Origin: Legionellales bacterium
Lineage (GTDB): Bacteria > Pseudomonadota > Gammaproteobacteria > Legionellales > Legionellaceae
Assembly: GCA_020050595.1 (NCBI GenBank)
Contig: JAGVKL010000024.1
Span: 2,299 to 66,298, forward strand
Length of the DNA stretch: 64,000 bases
Direction of reading: 5' to 3'
Shown here: positions 31,678 to 41,179 of the stretch, in pieces
Position numbering within the stretch: the first letter of the stretch is position 1
Layout of the letters: each line of letters opens with the position of its first letter
Notes under the pieces: generated by a model
Told to the model about the DNA's origin: nothing
What the model saw: only the letters and a program-made list of their open reading frames with translations
Databases searched by the model: none
Made by a program: the position numbers and the translations under genes

Positions 31678-34170
31678 GCTTTATTTGAAGCACTGGCAGC
31701 GGGGGCCATCGTTATCACCCCCAATAATCGTTTAAGCAGTCAATTACTTCAGGATTTTTTTAAAACGACAACACCCTTAAGCAAAATAAGTGAAGTTACA
31801 TGCCTTCCTTATAAAACCTTCTTGCAACATTGGTTTAAAAAATTACGTCATCAGGATCCTCATCGGTCTCATCCTATTTTGTTAAGTCAGGCTCAACAAG
31901 ATTACTTATGGCAGCAGATCCTTGTGGACTACAATGCAGGATTCATCAACGAGGTGAAAGAAGCTTGGCGACGTTGTGCGCTTTGGCAAATAGATAGCGC
32001 GTCAGATGCTTTTGCTCTCACCCCCCAAACCCAGCATTTTCAACGCTTTAGCAATGAATTTAAGCAACAACTCCAAAAGCTTCATGCCTTAACTGAAGAA
32101 CAATTGGTGGGCTATCTTCTAAACTCACCCCCCATAGACCTACCTTTTAAGCTTATTTGGGCTTGTTTTGATGACTATACGCCCGAGCAACAAGCTTTAC
32201 AAAATGCCATGCAACAAAGAGGATGTGTCCAAGAAGCTTACGATTTAGGCGAAAAACATACCGAAGCTTATCGATACGCGGCAAAAGATAAGCAAGATGA
32301 ATACCGCCAAATGATTGAATGGGCGAAAGAGCAATTAAACTTAAAGAAAGGACGTATCGCTATTGTTATTCCTGAATTGCAAAAAGAATTCACTCCATTG
32401 CAACGATTGCTTAAGCAGCATTTATCTAGCGAAGCATTTAATATTTCCTTAGGACAGCCTTTTATTGAATACCCTATTGTTGCTCATGCATTACATTGGC
32501 TCGATTTGGATAAAGCAACTCTTGATCATCATCAAATTAAATTACTGCTAACCTCGCCTTATTTATCAGGCAGTCACCAAGAGTTCATTACACGCTCCGA
32601 ACTCATGCAAAAGAGTACTTTGCTGAAGCATGTCAATTTGTCTTTTTATACCTTTATTAAAGCGACCCGCCCCACGGCCCCTCTTTTAGCAGCCTGTTTA
32701 GAAAATATAGCCGATTATCCCCATGAAGCTTCCCCTATGGAATGGGTTCATTATTTTAAAACACGGCTTTTAGAACTCGGCTTTCCGGGGGAATACACGC
32801 TGCAATCCGCTAATTATCAATGCTTTCAGCGGCTGATGATGTTATTGGATGAGTTTTTGCAATTAGCGCTTATTAGTCCAATAATGACTAAGAAGGAGGC
32901 TTTAGCGGCGTTAAATCATCTAGCTAAATCCACCATTTTTCAAACACAAAAAGCGACAACCTCTTTACAAATCCTTGGCTTATTAGAAGCCTCGGGTTGT
33001 ACCTTTGATAGCATTTGGGTCAGTGGCCTTACGGATCAATGTCTTCCTCAAAAGGCGAATTTATCCGCTTTTATTCCCATCCATCTGCAACGTGAACGCT
33101 CAATGCCTCACGCATCAGCAGAGCGGGAGTTGCAACTGGCTGAGCAACTAGTAGCTCGTTTGCAATACGGATGTGAGCATGTTGTGTTTAGCTACCCACA
33201 GTTGATGGAGGATATGCCTAATTTACCCAGTCCTTTGATTAAACCATTTAAAGAATTGCCCAAACGAATTATTGATGAATCTCGCAGAGAAACGCATTTA
33301 ATGACTTATCAAGAGGACTATTTAGTGCCTTTTGCCTTGAATGAATCTATCTCAGGAGGTACGGCACTATTAGCTTACCAAGCCCAATGCCCTTTTCGCG
33401 CTTTTGCAGCGCACCGCTTGCACGCTGAGAAAGCGGTGATGATCGTGGAGGGCTTGGATGTCATTGAGCGCGGCTCGCTGATTCATAACGTCTTGGATTT
33501 ATTATGGCAACGGCTTAAGAGTCAGCACTATTTGCTAAGCCTTAGCGATGGCAAGCTTCAAGAAGAAATAACTCACGCTATTGAACAGGCTTTAAAGCCT
33601 ATTATTCAAGAATCGCGGCGTTCTTTTTCTTCATTGATACGCGATGTGGAAATTTTACGTTTAACGCGGTTGGTAGAGGCCTCTTTAGCCTGGGAGAAAA
33701 AACGCCCGCCTTTTATCGTAGAGTCGACAGAGCAGCATTTTACTATTCAATTGGGCGGTATCGATTTTCGCCTGCGGGTTGACCGCTTGGATGAAGTCGA
33801 TGGGAAAAAATGGGTGATTGACTATAAAAGTAGCCTCCCTTCTGCTAGCCCATGGAATGAAGAGCGCCCTGAAGCACCGCAATTGTTGCTTTATGCCTTG
33901 CTGGATGAGCAGATTAACGCCCTCCTTTTCCTGCAATTAAAAGGAGGGCGTGTTGCTTGTAGTGGGTTCAGTGAAAATAAGGTGTTAGACGATGTGAAAT
34001 CCCTAAAGCCCGATGAAGAGTGGGCTGATTACCGCGAGCGATGGCAACATCAATTAACCGAGCTCGCTTGCGAATTTAAAAAAGGCCACTGCCCACCCGA
34101 ACCGCAACGGCGAAGTACATGCCAGCAATGTGATTTTACTCCTTTATGCCGGGTAGGCTTGATGGAATAA
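31645..34170 (+). CDS. AddB-like PD-(D/E)XK nuclease family DNA repair protein with a C-terminal Fe-S Cys cluster
   Basis: 841 aa. The nuclease motif is RVDRLDEV...WVIDYKS, followed by C...CPPEP..RRSTCQQCDFTPLC, as in AddB/RecB-family nuclease domains. Confidence 0.65.
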   Translation: MIELNKTKNKEALFEALAAGAIVITPNNRLSSQLLQDFFKTTTPLSKISEVTCLPYKTFLQHWFKKLRHQDPHRSHPILLSQAQQDYLWQQILVDYNAGFINEVKEAWRRCALWQIDSASDAFALTPQTQHFQRFSNEFKQQLQKLHALTEEQLVGYLLNSPPIDLPFKLIWACFDDYTPEQQALQNAMQQRGCVQEAYDLGEKHTEAYRYAAKDKQDEYRQMIEWAKEQLNLKKGRIAIVIPELQKEFTPLQRLLKQHLSSEAFNISLGQPFIEYPIVAHALHWLDLDKATLDHHQIKLLLTSPYLSGSHQEFITRSELMQKSTLLKHVNLSFYTFIKATRPTAPLLAACLENIADYPHEASPMEWVHYFKTRLLELGFPGEYTLQSANYQCFQRLMMLLDEFLQLALISPIMTKKEALAALNHLAKSTIFQTQKATTSLQILGLLEASGCTFDSIWVSGLTDQCLPQKANLSAFIPIHLQRERSMPHASAERELQLAEQLVARLQYGCEHVVFSYPQLMEDMPNLPSPLIKPFKELPKRIIDESRRETHLMTYQEDYLVPFALNESISGGTALLAYQAQCPFRAFAAHRLHAEKAVMIVEGLDVIERGSLIHNVLDLLWQRLKSQHYLLSLSDGKLQEEITHAIEQALKPIIQESRRSFSSLIRDVEILRLTRLVEASLAWEKKRPPFIVESTEQHFTIQLGGIDFRLRVDRLDEVDGKKWVIDYKSSLPSASPWNEERPEAPQLLLYALLDEQINALLFLQLKGGRVACSGFSENKVLDDVKSLKPDEEWADYRERWQHQLTELACEFKKGHCPPEPQRRSTCQQCDFTPLCRVGLME

Positions 34171-34173
34171 TTT

Positions 34174-34888
34174 GTAACTCCCCAGGTACTCCAATAGCCT
34201 CCTCTCCCGCGTGCGCGTAGCGCATGGGGGAGAGGATTGAGGAGAGGGGGATTAAATATTGTCGCGAAGCGACCTCATTTTTAAGCGTTGATAGGCTTTT
34301 TCTGTAAATGAGGCAATGGATGCAGTAGAAATTGGTAAGCTGTACATATCCATAAACAGTTGCTGAATGCAGGGTAAATCAAAAACCTGTCTTTTAATAA
34401 CGCGCTGAACAGCCTTATTTGATAACGATTCTCCACAATCAGGGCAATCACGTAACTCATATGTCACAATATGGTCCGGGCATGAAACCTGCTCAAGTGT
34501 TATTCCTTTATGTCCTGCTTGGCCACCCGTTTTATTTTTCCCTTTTTCTCGTAATGAGGTCGTGCGGGGTGTTTTTTTAAACCATCACTGGAGGGCGACT
34601 TGGAGCTGTTGCTGCTGTTTTTATTTAAACGTCGCTTTAATTCCGCAATTTCAATCGCCTGTTTTGCAACAAGCGCCTCAAGCTCCGTAATCCGAGCCAG
34701 TAACTTCTCAATAATTTCTTCGTAATTTTTCATGGGGTTATTTGATCATAACTACTTATTTTTGCAAGCTTTATTTTTAATAATGAGGTCGCTTCGCGAC
34801 AATATTTAATCCCCCCTCTCCTCAATCCTCTCCCCCATGCGCTACGCGCACGCGGGAGAGGAGGCTATTGAAGTACCTGGGGAGTTAC
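34174..34888 (-). mobile_element. 715-bp non-autonomous IS66-family derivative with ~108-bp terminal inverted repeats and an 8-bp target-site duplication AATAATTT
   Basis: The ends start with GTAA (IS66 hallmark). The inverted repeats at 34174-34281 and 34781-34888 differ by 1 mismatch and 1 indel. AATAATTT is present at 34166-34173 and 34889-34896. Confidence 0.8.
34252..34733 (-). pseudogene. IS66-family transposase remnant (N-terminal leucine-zipper and Zn-finger region, frameshifted and internally deleted)
   Basis: LLARITELEALVAKQAIEIAELKRRLNKNSSNSSKSPSSDG, then in another frame GGQAGHKG...CPDCGES, are typical IS66 TnpC N-terminal motifs. The DDE part is absent. Confidence 0.75.
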
Positions 34889-34976
34889 AATAATTTAAAA
34901 AAATGTGCAGTATGTATACACATTTATAATATCTTCGTGTATAATGGTCGGTTTTGTTGTATTTAAGTTAAGTTGT

Positions 34977-36047
34977 ATGCCAAAACCTTCTGAAATTTTT
35001 GTTACACCCTATGAAAGAAAATATTATATAAACTTCAATCAAAGACCTGTAAAAATAGATTATAGTCATGATATTTATCCACTCAGCCACCTAGCAGCGT
35101 TAATTGAAAAAATTAAAGCACGAGGTGAGTTTAGTATTCGGTATTTAGTCGATATCGCCAATGTAATGTGGTTTGCTCTAGAAGGCGTCCCCAATGCCAC
35201 CACCCCGGCACACTGGCAAATGACTGGAGAGTATCAAAGCACTGCGAAATGCCTCGCTGCCGGAAACATTTATTTTTCAGCCGATTATAAGGAAATAATA
35301 CTGATTAATCATAAAAGTGGGGACTTTAGACCGGACTTTGATTCGCTACAAATTGCCCTGGCCATTTTAGCTAAAAATAGAGCTGTATTAACATCTATGT
35401 CCCTAAAATTAGCAGCTGAGCTTTCCATTGAGGCTTTATCATCATCTGGAGGTCATGAATCTACCTTCAAGATTAAATGGACAGACTTATGCAGCTGGGT
35501 AGATGACAAATTCGATAACCCATATTCCCAGCCTATCATTATTAAAACATTCTCTGCTAAAAATACACATAAACGAGGGGGTTCAAATAGCTACGATGAG
35601 AGTGATGGCGATTCGGAAGACAGTGAAACGGAGTATCGTATGTCCGGACAAGGCTCCAAAAGACGAAGAATTGATGAAAGTGGGTTACATAAATTTCGAC
35701 TCACTGGCCTTGTATCCAGTATGCCTGCGCGAAGCGAAGGTATTGCGGGGTTTTCCCCCCTGGCGCTTTTTACAAGTGAACCAACAGCGTCAGAAGAAAT
35801 GGAGGAAGCCTGCGCAGGTACAGGAAGCATGGGCGAGGGCGGTGGGCCTCGACGTGAGGGGGAAGCCTTCGCAGGAGCAGGAAGCCTTGGTGGCAGCAGT
35901 AGGCCTGAAGCCTTGGCAGGAGCGGGCACTGGTGGGGCTTGCCAACCGGCGGCTATAAATACCAAGTTACTATTTTGGATTACCGCGAAGAAAATGGGTG
36001 AAGCCAACGAAGCTAGCTCAGCCATGCATCATACTCCAGCAATTTAA
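34977..36047 (+). CDS. Hypothetical ~356-aa protein (alternative GTG start at 34905) with a GC-rich Gly/Ala-rich repetitive C-terminus; orphan, effector-like
   Basis: Long ORF with an N-terminal globular region (..AAGNIYFSADYKEIILINHKSGDFRPDF..). The C-terminus has about 3 repeats E(A/G)xAGAG(S/T)xGG...RP. The 3' end overlaps epmA by 4 bp. Confidence 0.5.
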   Translation: MPKPSEIFVTPYERKYYINFNQRPVKIDYSHDIYPLSHLAALIEKIKARGEFSIRYLVDIANVMWFALEGVPNATTPAHWQMTGEYQSTAKCLAAGNIYFSADYKEIILINHKSGDFRPDFDSLQIALAILAKNRAVLTSMSLKLAAELSIEALSSSGGHESTFKIKWTDLCSWVDDKFDNPYSQPIIIKTFSAKNTHKRGGSNSYDESDGDSEDSETEYRMSGQGSKRRRIDESGLHKFRLTGLVSSMPARSEGIAGFSPLALFTSEPTASEEMEEACAGTGSMGEGGGPRREGEAFAGAGSLGGSSRPEALAGAGTGGACQPAAINTKLLFWITAKKMGEANEASSAMHHTPAI

Positions 36048-37003
36048 GCTCTAGCAAAATCAAAAGCCATCACTTTAGCAATAGAGGACTCTTTAAGCGC
36101 TAAAGCCAATAAGCGGTCTACCCCCAAGGCAACTCCACTGCATGGGGGTAACCCATAGGACAGCGCTTCTAGAAGGTAGGTATCAGTCGGTTTTTCTTCG
36201 AAACCCTTTTCCTTACGCAAACGATTATCTGCTTCAAATCGGGCATGTTGTGCACTGACATCTGTTAGCTCATGAAAGCCGTTCGCTAACTCTACCCCGC
36301 GGTAATAAATTTCAAAACGCTCTGCTATACCATGCTCTACCCTAGCAAGCGCTGCTTGTGAGCTTGGGAAATTAAATACAGCGGTGGGGCTCTCTTCTCT
36401 AGCCAGTGCAGGCTCCACCACATGGCTCATCAGTAAAAACAAATATTGGTCACGATCGTTTTCATCATTAGGCAGTACATTATCCAGTTCAAACCGTTTT
36501 AAAACCGCTTTTAATACTTGAATATCGGCAGATAAAGGATCGATATCGCAGGTCGCTCTAAAGACCTCTTGATAGGTTTTTCTTATCATGGGCGGGCAGT
36601 GAAGCAGCGCTTGGAGAAGAGCATCAACTTCATCCATTAATTGATGATGATTAATATGAAGCTGGTACCACTCTAATAATGTAAATTCAGGGTTATGCCA
36701 CCGCCCCAATTCATCATCACGAAACACTCTGGCCAGCTGAAAGATAGGGCCACTACCAGCGGCTAACAAGCGCTTCATGTGGTATTCGGGGGATGTTTGC
36801 AGGTAATAAGTCTTGTTTCTAAAAGTCGATTTTATATTGGCTAAATAGACATCTGTGATGCCAAATTGAGCCATAATGGGGGTTTCAACTTCTAAATAAT
36901 GCCGCGCGTTGAAAAAGGCTCGTATCGCTTTAAAGAAAGCAGCGCGTTTATGCAAAAGCTCAATAGAGGCGGAAGGCCGCCAGGTGGGATTTTGGATCAT
37001 CAT
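36044..37003 (-). CDS. epmA: Elongation factor P--(R)-beta-lysine ligase (EpmA/PoxA/GenX)
   Basis: Truncated class II LysRS-like sequence (YLEVETPIM, LQTSPEYHMKRLLAAG, RNEFTLLEWY-like, GVALGVDRL). Confidence 0.9.
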   Translation of the reverse strand: MMIQNPTWRPSASIELLHKRAAFFKAIRAFFNARHYLEVETPIMAQFGITDVYLANIKSTFRNKTYYLQTSPEYHMKRLLAAGSGPIFQLARVFRDDELGRWHNPEFTLLEWYQLHINHHQLMDEVDALLQALLHCPPMIRKTYQEVFRATCDIDPLSADIQVLKAVLKRFELDNVLPNDENDRDQYLFLLMSHVVEPALAREESPTAVFNFPSSQAALARVEHGIAERFEIYYRGVELANGFHELTDVSAQHARFEADNRLRKEKGFEEKPTDTYLLEALSYGLPPCSGVALGVDRLLALALKESSIAKVMAFDFARA

Positions 37004-37338
37004 TAATAAAAAATACCTAACTCTAGCCGGGCGGCCTCACTCATACGATCTTGAGTCCACGGGGGCTCCCAAACTAGCTCAACATTACAATCGGTAACCC
37101 CTTCTACCTGGTTCACTGCTTGCTCTACAGTACCTGGAAAAGTCTGAGCCACGGGGCATCCTGGAGATGTTAAGGTCATTTGAATATGAACATGCTGCTC
37201 TTCATTAATATTGATATCATAAATTAATCCCAGATCATAAATATTAACGGGGATTTCTGGATCAAAGACTGTTTTTAAAGCAGTGATAACCGCTTCTTTT
37301 AATAGTTCATTGTTCTGCTTTTTTTTAAAACCGAACAT
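37003..37338 (-). CDS. sufT: DUF59/SufT-type Fe-S assembly protein
   Basis: DPEIPVNIYDLGLIY...MTLTSPGCP pattern of the MIP18/SufT family, at the end of the suf operon. Confidence 0.75.
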   Translation of the reverse strand: MFGFKKKQNNELLKEAVITALKTVFDPEIPVNIYDLGLIYDININEEQHVHIQMTLTSPGCPVAQTFPGTVEQAVNQVEGVTDCNVELVWEPPWTQDRMSEAARLELGIFY

Positions 37339-37340
37339 GC

Positions 37341-37784
37341 TTACTCCGTTGTTACTGTCTTATGATCTTTTTTAAGCGCCGCTTCCAACGTATGCCATGC
37401 CAAAGTAGCGCATTTAACTCGTGCAGGAAATGTCCGCACTCCTGCTAAGACCGTTAATTTATCCAATGACGAAGACGATTCTTCCGTATCTTCAGTCACC
37501 ATTTGATGAAATCGACCAAAAAGCTCATGGGCCTTTTCGATAGATTTACCTTGCAACATATCTGTCATTAAAGAAGCGGACGCTTGGGAAATGGCACAGC
37601 CGCATCCTATAAAACTAATATCTTGAATGATACCTTTATCAATTTTTATATAAAGTGTTAATTTATCACCACAAAGCGGGTTAAACCCTTCCGCCTCACA
37701 AGAGGGATGCTCCATCACTCGATGATTACGAGGATTGCGGTTGTGATCGATAATAATTTCTTGGTAAAGCTCACGTAATTCCAT
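37341..37784 (-). CDS. sufU: SufU/IscU-like Fe-S scaffold/sulfur acceptor
   Basis: LYQEIIIDHNRNPRN, NPLCGD, GCGCAIS and a C-terminal KC motif. I set the start at the ATG at 37784, which overlaps the sufS stop (TAATG). Confidence 0.85.
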   Translation of the reverse strand: MELRELYQEIIIDHNRNPRNHRVMEHPSCEAEGFNPLCGDKLTLYIKIDKGIIQDISFIGCGCAISQASASLMTDMLQGKSIEKAHELFGRFHQMVTEDTEESSSSLDKLTVLAGVRTFPARVKCATLAWHTLEAALKKDHKTVTTE

Positions 37785-39034
37785 TAGGCAAATATCTCCT
37801 TCACCTTCTGAAGCGCCTGGACACAGTGATCGATTTCTTGCTTTGTATTGTAAAACGATAAGGAGATACGGCTCGTTGCGGCCACTCCATAAAAATCCAT
37901 CAAAGGCATGGCGCAATGATGGCCGCTGCGAATGGCAATCCCTTCGTTATCAAGAATCGTGCCAATATCATGGGCGTGTATTTTCCCATGTACAAAGGCA
38001 ATGATGGGGGCTTTTTCATGCGCCGTACCTATTAAATTAAAACCTTTGACAGATTCCACGGCATCGGTCGCATAATCCAATAGCTGTTTCTCATAAGCGC
38101 TTATGGCCTCCATATCCGATGACCATAAATAATCCAAGGCCGCCCCTAACCCAATCACCCCGGCAATATTAGGCGTGCCTGCTTCAAATTTGTGAGGTAA
38201 AGGCGCATATTCGGTGGCTTCAAAGGTTACATAATTAATCATTTCTCCGCCCCCTTGATAAGGCGCCATACTATCTAAAAGCGCTTCCCGCCCCCACAAA
38301 ACTCCGATGCCTGTCGGCCCATACATTTTATGGCCCGAAAAAGCATAAAAATCGCATCCTAAAGCTTGTACATCGATAGGCAAATGCGCTGTAGCTTGTG
38401 CGCCATCTAATAAGACAATAGCGCCATGGGCATGCGCCATTTCAATCATTTTCCGTACGGGGTTCACTGTACCTAATGCATTCGACACATAATTAATCGC
38501 GACAAATTTGGTATTGCTCGATAATAATTTTTCAAATTCATCTAACAACACTTCACCGCGCAAAGAAATCGGCGCTACTTTTAATACCGCGCCCGTTTTT
38601 TTACAAACCATCTGCCACGGGACAATATTAGAATGATGCTCCATGTGGGTAATTAAAATTTCTTCGCCAGGCAAAATACGAGGCATAACAAAGCTTTGCG
38701 CTACTAAATTAATCCCTTCTGTTGTCCCGCGAACAAAAATACATTCGCGCGTATGGGGCGCATTAATAAATCGTTTTACCTTTTCACGCACCACTTCAAA
38801 CTGTTGAGTGGAGCGGACGCTTAACGCATGCACCCCACGATGAACGTTGGCATTATCATGCGTGTAATAGTGTGAAACCGCATCAATGACCGATTGAGGC
38901 TTTTGCGTCGTTGCTGCATTATCAAAATAAATGAGAGGATGTCCATTAACGAATTGATTTAACGCGGGAAAATCTCGACGTATTACAGCTAAGTCCAATG
39001 TCTCAATTAAATCGGTTGCTTTGCTCATCATCAC
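37784..39034 (-). CDS. sufS: Cysteine desulfurase SufS (class II)
   Basis: YFDNAATTQKP, SGHKMYGPTGIG (PLP Lys), RSGHHCA active-site loop. Confidence 0.92.
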   Translation of the reverse strand: MMMSKATDLIETLDLAVIRRDFPALNQFVNGHPLIYFDNAATTQKPQSVIDAVSHYYTHDNANVHRGVHALSVRSTQQFEVVREKVKRFINAPHTRECIFVRGTTEGINLVAQSFVMPRILPGEEILITHMEHHSNIVPWQMVCKKTGAVLKVAPISLRGEVLLDEFEKLLSSNTKFVAINYVSNALGTVNPVRKMIEMAHAHGAIVLLDGAQATAHLPIDVQALGCDFYAFSGHKMYGPTGIGVLWGREALLDSMAPYQGGGEMINYVTFEATEYAPLPHKFEAGTPNIAGVIGLGAALDYLWSSDMEAISAYEKQLLDYATDAVESVKGFNLIGTAHEKAPIIAFVHGKIHAHDIGTILDNEGIAIRSGHHCAMPLMDFYGVAATSRISLSFYNTKQEIDHCVQALQKVKEIFA

Positions 39035-39070
39035 CTCAATCGCTCTTTGTGCCGTTAAATTAGTAAAATC

Positions 39071-39148
39071 CTCTCTCCCATTGATGGGAGAGAGTAGCTA
39101 TCTAATTTTAACACCCTCTCTCTAACTCTCTCCCCTGCGGGGAGAGAG
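39071..39148. repeat. Two CTCTCTCCC...GGGAGAGAG-type hairpins in the sufD-sufS spacer
   Basis: CTCTCTCCCATTGATGGGAGAGAG (39071-39094) and CTCTCTCCCCTGCGGGGAGAGAG (39126-39148). The second is nearly identical to the hairpin at 3889-3911. Confidence 0.8.
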
Positions 39149-39181
39149 GATTTCTAGATATAATTCCTTAAGTTGACACCA

Positions 39182-40429
39182 TTATATGTGAACATTTGCA
39201 ATTAATGTCTCTATCCATGCTGCTAATTCCGTATTCGTAAGCATACGTATATTTTCCTTAGTAAATGCTTGCACTAAATAACGGGTCGCTTCATCTCGGC
39301 CAATACCCCGGGTAGCTAAATAAAATAAGGCTTCTTCATCGAGCTGGCCTACCGTTGCGCCATGAGTACATACTACATCATCAGCAAAAATTTCTAACTG
39401 GGGCTTGGTATCAATTTCGGTATTTTTGGATAATAAGAGGTTCTTATTTTGCTGTTTAGCTTCTGTTTTTTGTGCATGTTTGGCAACAATAACTCTACCG
39501 TTAAACACCGCATGCGCCTCATCCTTTAAAATGCCTCTATAATCTTGCTCACTATGACCATAAGGGGCGCTATGAAATACTGCGGTATGGTGATCCATAT
39601 GCTGTGAATCTGAAGGCACGTAAACACCATTCATTAAACAATGTGCTTGGGGCTCTGCTAAATCGATGGCAATATCACTACGCACCCACCGACCACCGAT
39701 GCTAAAGGTGTGGCTATGAAACTCGCTGTGCTGTGCTTGCTTTACTGCAAGATGGCCCATATGGTAGGCATGAAGGCTTTCACGTTGAATTTTATAATGT
39801 GAAAGCTTGGCTTGAGCAGCCAAAGAAACCTCGGTAATCGTGTTAGTGAAATAACACGCGTCTTCACCCTGATAATCTTCAATAACGCTAGCTGAGCTTC
39901 CTGTCTCAAGCACTATCAAATGCCGTAAATACGATGCTTGATGTGCCTTATCCTGAGAGTAAGTAATATATAATGGCTTAGCTAGGACTACATGGGCCGG
40001 CAAATAAATAAACAAGCCTTGGGCTAACATCGCTGTATTTAATGCATGAAAACCATGTTGTGATTGCAAAATATGATTTAAAAAGGGTCTTATTTTGTCC
40101 GCATGCTCTACCAGTGCTTGAGACAATGGCTGAATAATCACATCCGCTGGCACATACTCAAGCATTTTTTTATCTACTTGGCCGTTGACGATTGGAATAG
40201 CATTTTCCAAAGGTATCTCGGCTATTTTTCGTTTAGACATCGCTTGATTGACAAAAGATTCCTTTAAAAAAGAATCAACGGAGGTATATTTCCAATCTTC
40301 ATCATGGCGCGTCGGGAAGCCTAAGCGAGTAAACACCGCCAAAGCCTCCTCTTGCATTTTTTTTAGCCATGGGATATCTGAAAAGCAAGCTGCTGCTTCT
40401 TTTTGATAAAAATCTAAACGTCCGCTCAT
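39182..40429 (-). CDS. sufD: Fe-S cluster assembly protein SufD
   Basis: Position between sufC and sufS, with the SufD C-terminal beta-helix pattern (HTAVFHSAP..., PQLEIFADDV.CTHGAT.G). Confidence 0.9.
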   Translation of the reverse strand: MSGRLDFYQKEAAACFSDIPWLKKMQEEALAVFTRLGFPTRHDEDWKYTSVDSFLKESFVNQAMSKRKIAEIPLENAIPIVNGQVDKKMLEYVPADVIIQPLSQALVEHADKIRPFLNHILQSQHGFHALNTAMLAQGLFIYLPAHVVLAKPLYITYSQDKAHQASYLRHLIVLETGSSASVIEDYQGEDACYFTNTITEVSLAAQAKLSHYKIQRESLHAYHMGHLAVKQAQHSEFHSHTFSIGGRWVRSDIAIDLAEPQAHCLMNGVYVPSDSQHMDHHTAVFHSAPYGHSEQDYRGILKDEAHAVFNGRVIVAKHAQKTEAKQQNKNLLLSKNTEIDTKPQLEIFADDVVCTHGATVGQLDEEALFYLATRGIGRDEATRYLVQAFTKENIRMLTNTELAAWIETLIANVHI

Positions 40430-41178
40430 CCCTGTTCTATCTCCGATAACCAGCTATAGCCCTTATCTTCTAACTCTAAAGCCAGTGATTTATCACCGGA
40501 CTTGATAATACGACCATGAGCAAGTACGTGAATAAAATCGGGCTGAATATAATTTAAAAGGCGCTGATAATGGGTCACTAAAATAATCGCGCGATCGTGA
40601 GAGCGCATGGCATTGACACCTTCAGAAATTTCACGCAAGGCATCAATATCCAAGCCTGAATCCGTCTCATCGAGAATAGCTAATTTAGGCTCGAGAGCCA
40701 TCATTTGCAGGATCTCATTGCGTTTTTTTTCGCCACCTGAAAAGCCCTCATTGATACTGCGATATAAAAAGCTTTCATCCATATCTAACGCTTGGCATTT
40801 TTCGCGGATAAAGGTTAAAAATTCCATCGCATCGAAAGGCTTCTCCCCGCGTCCTTGGCGCACAGCGTTCACGGCTGCTTTTAAGAAGTTAATATTCGTG
40901 ACACCTGGGATTTCCACCGGGTATTGAAATGACATAAAAATACCTGCTTGCGCTCGCTCTTCCGGCGTTAGGGGTAATAAATCCTTGCCTAAAAATCGAA
41001 TACTACCGCTAGTCACTTCATAGGCAGGGTGTCCCGCTAACACTTTGGATAGCGTACTTTTGCCTGAACCATTAGGCCCCATAATGGCATGCACTTCACC
41101 GGCTTTAACCTCAAGATCAATACCGTTTAAAATCGCTTGCGTATTTGTTGCAACATTTAACTGTTTAATTTCTAACAT
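40426..41178 (-). CDS. sufC: Fe-S cluster assembly ATPase SufC
   Basis: Walker A GPNGSGKST, ABC signature FSGGEKKR, Walker B LAILDETDSGLD. Confidence 0.95.
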   Translation of the reverse strand: MLEIKQLNVATNTQAILNGIDLEVKAGEVHAIMGPNGSGKSTLSKVLAGHPAYEVTSGSIRFLGKDLLPLTPEERAQAGIFMSFQYPVEIPGVTNINFLKAAVNAVRQGRGEKPFDAMEFLTFIREKCQALDMDESFLYRSINEGFSGGEKKRNEILQMMALEPKLAILDETDSGLDIDALREISEGVNAMRSHDRAIILVTHYQRLLNYIQPDFIHVLAHGRIIKSGDKSLALELEDKGYSWLSEIEQG

Positions 41179-41179
41179 A

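Noticed and set aside
35503-36025. Overlapping ORFs 35503-35958 (+) and 35591-36025 (-)
   Set aside because: They fall in the GC-rich repetitive 3' part of the ~356-380-aa gene, where stop codons are rare in all frames. They have no independent start context.
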